Source of the DNA: Hadesarchaea archaeon | Lineage (GTDB): Archaea > Hadarchaeota > Hadarchaeia > Hadarchaeales > WYZ-LMO6 | Assembly: GCA_029259185.1 (NCBI GenBank) | Contig: JAPDJF010000012.1 | Coordinates: 1-21,565 of the forward strand | DNA length: 21,565 nt | Direction: 5' to 3' | Shown here: positions 15,664-21,565 of the stretch, piece after piece | How positions within the stretch are numbered: the stretch's first letter is position 1 | How the letters are laid out: the number at the start of each line of letters is the position of its first letter | Program-made: the position numbers and the translations under genes | Notes under the pieces: generated by a model | Databases searched by the model: none | Told to the model about the DNA's origin: nothing | Seen by the model: only the letters and a program-made list of their open reading frames with translations

Positions 15664-17142
15664 ATGTTGTTGAGAGAAGCGTGTGGGGTGTTCGGGGTTT
15701 TTGACTTCGGAGGGAGGCCGGTTTTCCCATTCATTTATTGGGGCTTGATATCCCAAAACCATCGTGGCCACCACTCGTATGGTTTCACGGGGTTGGATGA
15801 GGATTTCGTCTCCCACCGTTCGCTCGGGATAATCCCTCCCATGAGACACCCCGTGATAAAGAGATTGTTCAAGAGGCTGAGGGGTAACGTGGGTATAGGT
15901 CATGTGCGATACGCCACCTCGGGCAGGGACACCCAGTATTGGCTCCTCAGAGATATTCAACCACTGGTAATGAGTGATTCGGAGAACAAAGTCGCACTAG
16001 CTTTCAACGGAAATCTGGTCAATGTGAAACAGCTGAGGTCAGAGTTGCGGAGGAGGGGGAGGGGAAGTTTTCATTCCTCCTCGGATGTCGAGCTATTGGG
16101 TGGGGTGCTGCTCTGCGGTCTGAGAAGGTCGGATCTCAGCTCGGCGGTGGAGGGGTGCATGCGAACTATTGAAGGGGCATTTTCAGTGGTGGGTTTAACC
16201 AGAGGGGGGGAGCTCTTCGCTTTCAGGGATCCGCTTGGGATAAAACCCTTGTGTTATGGATGTAGTCAAGACAACCAGATGTTTGCAGTTTCATCTGAGA
16301 GTGTGGGCTTGGACATAAACGACTTCAGGTATGAGTCCGAGGTGCAACCAGGTGAACTTCTGGTGTGGTCTAAGGATGGCATGCGGAGGGAGACGATCGT
16401 GGAATGCAGGAGAAGGGCTTTTTGTAGTTTCGAATTCGCATACTTTGCGAGGCCGGATTCCATCTTGGGGCATGGACAACCCGTGTACAAGATAAGGGAG
16501 ACTTTTGGTAGGAATTTGGCCAGAGAAGATCCGGACATCTGGAGGAGGGTGGATGTTATCGTCTCGATACCCGCCACGGGCGATGATGCGGCATATGGTC
16601 TCCACGAGGAGAGCGGAATACCGTGGGAGCGTGCGATCAGGAGACATAGATACGTGGTGGATCGAGCGTTCATCTCCGATCAGAGGGAGAGGGAAACCAT
16701 CATCTCTAAGAAGATAAACGTGAAAGAGGCCATAAAGGGGAAGCGGATAGCTGTGGTCGAAGACTCCATAGTGAGGGGAGATACCTCTAGGAAAATAGTG
16801 AAGAAGCTTCGTAGGGCGGGTGCTAAGGAGATCCACATGTATTTTACCTTTCCACGTATCATTTCCCCCTGCTTTTACGGAATAGACATGGCCACTTTCG
16901 GAGAACTCATAGGTTCCCAGCATACAGAAGAGGAAATAGCCAAATTGATAGGGGCAGATTCGGTTCACTATCAATCGCTGCGTAATTTTGTTAGGGCCAC
17001 GGGAATGAGCGAGGATGAGCTTTGTCTCGGGTGTCTCACCGGGAAGTACCCCACTCCCTCAGCCCAGAAATTAGCGGACGAAATGAGGAAGAGGTTCGAG
17101 GCCGGGGAGATTGAAATGGGCAGGATATACGAGGTCGCTTAG
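15664..17142 (+). CDS. purF: Amidophosphoribosyltransferase (Fe-S type)
   Basis: Short propeptide then CGVFG (Ntn Cys), NHRG, GHVRYATSG, NGNL, RDPLGIKPL, CSFEFAYFARPDS, EDSIVRGDT, PCFYGID, CLGC. Start could be 15658, 15664, 15667 or 15670. Confidence 0.97.
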   Translation: MLLREACGVFGVFDFGGRPVFPFIYWGLISQNHRGHHSYGFTGLDEDFVSHRSLGIIPPMRHPVIKRLFKRLRGNVGIGHVRYATSGRDTQYWLLRDIQPLVMSDSENKVALAFNGNLVNVKQLRSELRRRGRGSFHSSSDVELLGGVLLCGLRRSDLSSAVEGCMRTIEGAFSVVGLTRGGELFAFRDPLGIKPLCYGCSQDNQMFAVSSESVGLDINDFRYESEVQPGELLVWSKDGMRRETIVECRRRAFCSFEFAYFARPDSILGHGQPVYKIRETFGRNLAREDPDIWRRVDVIVSIPATGDDAAYGLHEESGIPWERAIRRHRYVVDRAFISDQRERETIISKKINVKEAIKGKRIAVVEDSIVRGDTSRKIVKKLRRAGAKEIHMYFTFPRIISPCFYGIDMATFGELIGSQHTEEEIAKLIGADSVHYQSLRNFVRATGMSEDELCLGCLTGKYPTPSAQKLADEMRKRFEAGEIEMGRIYEVA

Positions 17143-17190
17143 AGTCCAAATTGGTTTCACTCAAACATTTGCCTGGAGATCGTGTGTGGA

Positions 17191-17197
17191 TTTTTTT
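17191..17197 (+). terminator. Putative oligo-T terminator of the purine operon
   Basis: T7 run about 50 nt after the purF stop. Confidence 0.4.
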
Positions 17198-17252
17198 GTG
17201 TCTGTAATATCTCATTCTGAAAAATAACAAATTGTGCCATATCTCAAAATAT

Positions 17253-17268
17253 AAAAAATTTTAAAAAG
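17253..17268 (+). promoter_or_regulatory. Putative BRE/TATA of the hydrogenase operon
   Basis: AAAAAA-TTTTAAAAAG, TATA 29-36 nt before ATG 17295, in a strongly AT-rich intergenic region. Confidence 0.65.
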
Positions 17269-17294
17269 ATTGGAGCGAACAATAGTGATTTCCC

Positions 17295-18278
17295 ATGAGA
17301 TTCGTAAAAATGGCAAAGGCAGATCTTCCAAAACTCTTCCGCACGCTGGCCAAGTATGGTCCTGTGGTGGCTCCTGTGAGAGTCGGTGAAAATGTCGTCT
17401 TTCGAGAAGTAACGAGCTTGGAGGAGGTAGAGCTGGAGTACACAAGGAGCCTCACCCCCCCAAAGAAACTCTTCTTAGGACCCCAAGAGGAGATTTTGAA
17501 GTTCGACGGTGAAAAATACGAGGAGGTGTTTGAGGACGGGAAGGCTGTACTCTTTGGGGTACATGCATGTGATATCAACGGTCTGTTAAAACTAGATGAA
17601 ATCTATCTAGATTCTCCCCAGGACGAATACTACGCGAGACGAAGGGAAAACGTGATGATCGTGGGAATGAGTTGTGTTCCGGACGAAAGGTGCTTCTGCA
17701 CCTCTACGGGAAGCAGTTATGCGTATGGTGGTTTCGATTTATTCTTGCACGATATAGGGAGAGAGTATGTGGTCAGGGTACGAACCGAGAGGGGCTACGA
17801 GTTCACAAAGGACGGATACTTCAAGCGAATGGAGGAGAAAGACTTCTTGGCGTTTAAGAAGGCTGAAGAGAAAAAGGTTCGATCGATTAAGCGGAAGGTG
17901 GATCTCGCCGGGATAGGGGATCTCATAGATGTTACTCCAAAATCACTGTGGGAAGAGCTCACAGCTAAATGTTTGGCGTGTGGATCGTGCAATCTCGTCT
18001 GCCCAACTTGTCAATGTTATGATGTTTTAGATGTACTTGAGCTCGACATCCGAAGTGGAAGCAGGATCCGGAGATGGGATTCATGCATGCTTAAAAGGCA
18101 TGCTCTCGTGGCTGGTGGAGGTAACTTCAGACCCACAGTGGTGGAACGAACGGCAAACAGGCTGAGCTGCAAGGTTGGCGGGGAAATAAGATGTGTCGGC
18201 TGTGGGAGATGTACAGTCTACTGTCCGGCAAAGATAGACCTAGTAGAAATGTTGGAAAGGATAAGGGTGGGAGCGTGA
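17295..18278 (+). CDS. hydB: Group 3b-type [NiFe] hydrogenase (sulfhydrogenase) beta, Fe-S subunit
   Basis: FGVHACD, C..RCFC, CLACGSCNLVCPTCQC, RRWDSC, CVGCGRCTVYCP. Confidence 0.88.
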   Translation: MRFVKMAKADLPKLFRTLAKYGPVVAPVRVGENVVFREVTSLEEVELEYTRSLTPPKKLFLGPQEEILKFDGEKYEEVFEDGKAVLFGVHACDINGLLKLDEIYLDSPQDEYYARRRENVMIVGMSCVPDERCFCTSTGSSYAYGGFDLFLHDIGREYVVRVRTERGYEFTKDGYFKRMEEKDFLAFKKAEEKKVRSIKRKVDLAGIGDLIDVTPKSLWEELTAKCLACGSCNLVCPTCQCYDVLDVLELDIRSGSRIRRWDSCMLKRHALVAGGGNFRPTVVERTANRLSCKVGGEIRCVGCGRCTVYCPAKIDLVEMLERIRVGA

Positions 18279-19123
18279 TGAACGAACTCATTCCAAAGCC
18301 AGTTAAGATCCTGAAGGTGAAGGATCAGACCCCGATAGAGAAGCTCTTTACCTTGGGTGTTAAGTTGGGTCAGAAGCCCGGCCAATTTATCGAGATGAGC
18401 ATTGCCGGAGTCGGTGAGGCTCCCGTGTCGATTTGTTCTTCACCTACTCGTGGAAATGTGGAGGTATGCGTGAGGAGGGTAGGGAGAGTTACCAATGCGC
18501 TCCATAGACTCGGGGCTGGGGCGAGGGTAGGGGTCAGGGGTCCATACGGAAATGGATTCCCGCTTGAGAAAATGAGGGGAAGTGAGGTCGTGTTAGTCGC
18601 CGGGGGTATAGGAATGGCTCCGGTGAGGGCGGTTCTCCAGTATCTCCTAGATAAAAAGAAGGAATACGGAGAAATCAAGCTTCTGTACGGGATAAGGGAC
18701 TATAGCATGATGCTTTTCAAGGACGAGATTTTGAAGCTGATGAATTCTAAAGCCTGTACGGTGTACCTTTCCTATGAGAAGGAAGACGAAGTTTGCAAGA
18801 GGTTACGCAAGGAATACCCCGAGCGCGTGTGTCAGGGGGTGGTTACCAAGCTCTTCGAGATGGTGAAACTAAATCCGGAGGCGCACGCGGTCGTTTGTGG
18901 TCCTCCCGTTATGTTCTGGTTCGTGTTCAAGGAGATGAGGAACAGAGGGTTCCCGATTGAGAGATTGTACATGACACTCGAGAGGAGAATGAAATGTGGA
19001 ATAGGGAAGTGCAAACATTGCGTTGTTGGAGTGGGAAGCATGATGAAGTATGTATGCAAGGATGGACCAGTCTTTTCAGGAGTGGAGGCATTAACGATGA
19101 GGGGCATGAAATACGTGAGGTGA
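18278..19123 (+). CDS. hydG: Hydrogenase gamma subunit (FAD/NAD(P)-binding, [2Fe-2S])
   Basis: PGQF, GEAPVSI, VGRVT, RGPYGNGF, AGGIGMAP, CGPPVM, ERRMKCGIGKCKHC, VCKDGPVF. Start reassigned to ATG 18278 (TGATG overlap with hydB). Confidence 0.9.
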   Translation: MNELIPKPVKILKVKDQTPIEKLFTLGVKLGQKPGQFIEMSIAGVGEAPVSICSSPTRGNVEVCVRRVGRVTNALHRLGAGARVGVRGPYGNGFPLEKMRGSEVVLVAGGIGMAPVRAVLQYLLDKKKEYGEIKLLYGIRDYSMMLFKDEILKLMNSKACTVYLSYEKEDEVCKRLRKEYPERVCQGVVTKLFEMVKLNPEAHAVVCGPPVMFWFVFKEMRNRGFPIERLYMTLERRMKCGIGKCKHCVVGVGSMMKYVCKDGPVFSGVEALTMRGMKYVR

Positions 19124-19124
19124 G

Positions 19125-19883
19125 ATGATGAAAAAACCGAGAGTAGGTATATTCGGGTTTACAGGGTGCGCTGGTGATCAATTGATGATCCTAAACCTAG
19201 AGGATGAACTCTTGGATCTGGTTGGAGCTCTGGATATCAAATCGTTCACCATGGCGAGTAGCTTGGTAGAGGATGATGAATACGATGTGGCGTTTGTGGA
19301 GGGTTCGATAACGACTCCGAAGCAGAAAGAGAAACTCGAGCAGATCAGAAACAAATCGAAGTTGTTGGTAGCGATCGGTGATTGTGCAGCTTGGGGAGGA
19401 GTCCAAGCAAGCTGTAACGGGATAGTGAGTGTGAGCAAGAAAATGGTGGAGGTATACGGCTCTAGGAACGTGTGGGAAATATACGAGTCTAAACCCCTTT
19501 CTGCGTACGTGAAAGTGGATTTCGTGCTTCCCGGATGTCCGATAGAGAAGGAAGAGTTCTTGAGAGCTGCGACCTCCTTGTTGCATGGTGATATCCCTGA
19601 GGCGGTAGACTACCCCGTGTGTGTGGAGTGTAAGCTCAGGGAGAACGGTTGTGTTTTGCTTGAGGGGAGGTTGTGTCTCGGGCCTATAACCCCAGGTGGA
19701 TGCAAAGCTCGCTGTCCTTCCTTGGGAGTAGACTGTATCGGATGTAGGGGGGTCATAGATGGGGAGTCTAGGATCAAAAGCGCTATAGAGGTATTCAAGG
19801 AGGCAGGCTTCGAGAAGGATTACGTAAAAAAGAGGCTTCGAATGTTTGCAGCTAACTATCCTGAAATATTGGAGGTGAAATGA
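19125..19883 (+). CDS. hydD: Hydrogenase small (delta) subunit
   Basis: TGCAGDQL, VEGS, IGDCAAWGG, LPGCP, VCVEC, CLGPIT, GCKARCP, CIGCRG; GAGGTGA SD. Confidence 0.9.
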   Translation: MMKKPRVGIFGFTGCAGDQLMILNLEDELLDLVGALDIKSFTMASSLVEDDEYDVAFVEGSITTPKQKEKLEQIRNKSKLLVAIGDCAAWGGVQASCNGIVSVSKKMVEVYGSRNVWEIYESKPLSAYVKVDFVLPGCPIEKEEFLRAATSLLHGDIPEAVDYPVCVECKLRENGCVLLEGRLCLGPITPGGCKARCPSLGVDCIGCRGVIDGESRIKSAIEVFKEAGFEKDYVKKRLRMFAANYPEILEVK

Positions 19884-19884
19884 A

Positions 19885-21162
19885 GTGAGAGTGGAGATCG
19901 ATCCGCTGGCGAGAGTCGAAGGGGAAGGCGGAATCGAAGTGGAAATGGAGGGGAACCAAGTCAGAGACGTGAAATTCAACATATTCGAGGGGCCTCGGTT
20001 CTTCGAGTCCTTTATCAAGGGCATGTGGTACGATAAAGTTCCAGACGTGATGCGCAGGATATGCGCCATCTGTACATGTTCTCACAGTATGGCTTCGATC
20101 AAAGCCATGGAGGATGCACTGGGCGTGAGAGTGTCTAAGCAGACGGAGTTGCTTCGGGATCTCCTCATCCACGGAGAAATGATCGAGAGCCACGCACTCC
20201 ATGTGTACGCTTTGGCCCTTCCCGATTTCCTAGGATTCCCGAGCGTGATCCATATGGCGAAGAAGTATCCGAAAGAGGTCAAGGGAGCACTTCAGCTAAA
20301 GAAAGCTGGGAATCTCGTTCACAACATCTTGACGGGAAGGGAGGTGCATGGGATGAATGAGCGGATAGGAGGTTTCTCGACAATCCCGTCGGAGAATGAG
20401 CTTGAGGAGATAAGAAAAGCTATGGAGATGACAAGGGAGTTCGCGATCTTAGCAGTGAAACTCTTCTCCTCCTTCGAGCTCCCTGATGCTGCGCGATCCG
20501 AAAACACGTTCATAGCTTTGAACCCTGGAAAGAGGTTCGGATACTATGGAAAGGAGCACGTGGCTTCGGACGGGGGGAGATGGGACGTGCACGACTACAG
20601 GAAGCACATAAAAGAAAAGACGGTAAAGCACTCTCGGGCGAAGCACTCTTCATATAAGGGTAAACCGTTCATGGTGGGTGCCCTGGCGAGATTGGCGCTC
20701 TTCGGAAATAAACTTGAAGGGGAGGCCAAACGGCTCTACCAAAAGCACAAAGAAAAGCTGGACTTGCAAAACTCGATATCTAATAACTTAGCTCAAGCAA
20801 TAGAGCTCGTACACTCCGTTGATAGATGTATCCAAGATGTGGACGAACTCTTGAGCAGAGGCATAGATAAAAGAGACTTTGCGGAGGTAAAGCCACGAGC
20901 TGGAAGCGGTACAGCATCGGTAGAGGCCCCGCGTGGAGTCTTGATCCATTCTTACAGACTAGATGGCAAAGGGAGGGTCGTGTGGGCGGATGTCATAACC
21001 CCAACGGCGATGAACGCAGCAAATGTGGATAAAGACTTTCGGGTCGCTGCTCCTAGACTGGTGAACACGAAGGAACTTGAGCGGACCTTGGAGATGATTG
21101 CCAGAGCTTACGACCCGTGCATCTCCTGCTCAACTCATCTCGTCGTCGTGAGGCGTATCTAA
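19885..21162 (+). CDS. hydA: [NiFe] hydrogenase large (alpha) subunit, group 3b-type
   Basis: ARVEGEG, PRFFE, L1 RICAIC, EAPRG, L2 RAYDPCISCSTH plus a 7-aa cleavable tail; GGAGGTGA SD; beta-gamma-delta-alpha gene order. Confidence 0.93.
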   Translation: MRVEIDPLARVEGEGGIEVEMEGNQVRDVKFNIFEGPRFFESFIKGMWYDKVPDVMRRICAICTCSHSMASIKAMEDALGVRVSKQTELLRDLLIHGEMIESHALHVYALALPDFLGFPSVIHMAKKYPKEVKGALQLKKAGNLVHNILTGREVHGMNERIGGFSTIPSENELEEIRKAMEMTREFAILAVKLFSSFELPDAARSENTFIALNPGKRFGYYGKEHVASDGGRWDVHDYRKHIKEKTVKHSRAKHSSYKGKPFMVGALARLALFGNKLEGEAKRLYQKHKEKLDLQNSISNNLAQAIELVHSVDRCIQDVDELLSRGIDKRDFAEVKPRAGSGTASVEAPRGVLIHSYRLDGKGRVVWADVITPTAMNAANVDKDFRVAAPRLVNTKELERTLEMIARAYDPCISCSTHLVVVRRI

Positions 21163-21190
21163 CTATTCATTATATTTCAGCTCCATTTAG

Positions 21191-21384
21191 AACGGAATCG
21201 AGAAACCCCACGCGTTTTAGCCGTGGGATGAATGTGCGCCGAAGGCCAATACTTATAGGAAAGTGTGGCTAACGGCCCGAACGAATGCCTGGAGATCAAG
21301 ACCTCCGTAACCCGTCCCTTCCAGAGGGATCGAGTCCGGTCGTTGAAGCAGGGAGCCAATTGCTTTAGCGGTGCGGTAGTTCAC
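21191..21384 (+). mobile_element. Non-autonomous IS200/IS605-family mini-element (194 bp, no transposase or tnpB ORF)
   Basis: Target TTAG (21187-21190) directly 5'; left guide AAAC (21203-21206) plus hairpin CCCACG-cgttttagc-CGTGGG (21207-21227); right end GTTGAAGCAGGGAGCC-imperfect hairpin-GGTAGTTCAC ending in TCAC (21381-21384). Confidence 0.85.
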
Positions 21385-21400
21385 GTCAACTCATTTTCCA
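21270..21400 (+). ncRNA. Putative TnpB omegaRNA (right-end RNA) scaffold with 3' flank-derived guide
   Basis: GGCCCGAA..GCCTGGAG..GACCTCC..AGTCCGGTCGTTGAAGCAGG..GTAGTTCAC resembles archaeal tnpB right-end RNAs as I recall them; CCTG/CAGG, GGAG/CTCC and TCCCT/AGGGA pairings are visible; TTATAG at 21253-21258 upstream. Ends approximate. Confidence 0.6.
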
Positions 21401-21565
21401 TACTTCTTCTTTACTTCTTCGAGGTCTTTTGTCGTGTCTACAGAAATCCAGAATTTGTTCCCATCCTCGATGTAACAGGCCAGTTTTCTCCTTTTTGCTA
21501 GTTCGGGAAAAACTGTATGTTCAATGTTTCCCGTCTTGAAACGTTCCATCATGGGAAGAACAGTT
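21391..21565 (-). CDS. 3' end of a sugar-phosphate nucleotidyltransferase (NTP_transferase) family protein, truncated by the window edge
   Basis: Manual translation: TVLPMMERFKTGNIEHTVFPELAKRRKLACYIEDGNKFWISVDTTKDLEEVKKKYGK*; GxIExxVFPxL and FWxxVDTxKDL are typical C-terminal motifs. Confidence 0.75.
   Translation of the reverse strand, partial: TVLPMMERFKTGNIEHTVFPELAKRRKLACYIEDGNKFWISVDTTKDLEEVKKKYGK

Noticed and set aside
19197-20069. 290-aa antisense ORF, and similar ones at 6484-7116, 16291-16974, 5684-6214 and 11004-11522
   Set aside because: They lie opposite well-supported conserved genes and show no recognisable motifs; treated as shadow ORFs.
17295-21162. Selenocysteine recoding in the hydrogenase operon
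   Set aside because: All four frames are open with Cys at L1/L2 (RICAIC, DPCISC); no in-frame TGA needs read-through.
21177-21501. Short ORFs 21177-21359 (-) and 21265-21501 (+)
   Set aside because: They cross the mini-element and the opposite-strand nucleotidyltransferase end; no protein motifs.
1-21565. CRISPR array, prophage or tRNA-integrated island
   Set aside because: No regularly spaced repeats, integrase or viral genes seen, and no duplicate of the tRNA 3' end noticed by eye.

Overview
Compact archaeal chromosome segment, judged from GAGGTGA-type SD motifs, TATA-like promoters, a BHB tRNA intron and E/K/R-rich proteins; the lineage cannot be fixed from this window. Left to right: a DUF1464-like gene (truncated) and an RFA-P synthase (mptG-like) gene on the minus strand; tRNA-Ser(GCT) with an 18-nt intron at non-canonical position 28/29; CBS-pair protein and cation:proton antiporter genes (minus); a DUF155/RMD1-like membrane protein; a decayed tnpB 3' remnant; a divergent de novo purine cluster (purH <- | -> purB folD purM purS purL purQ purE purC purF); a four-gene group 3b-type [NiFe] hydrogenase operon; a 194-bp ORF-less IS200/IS605-family mini-element with an omegaRNA-like body; and the 3' end of a nucleotidyltransferase gene. 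The most unusual items are the mini-element, the tRNA intron, a purC with no ATG/GTG/TTG start at the purE junction, and folate-type PurH/FolD lying near methanopterin-type RFA-P synthase. All family assignments are by eye from motifs; no searches were run.
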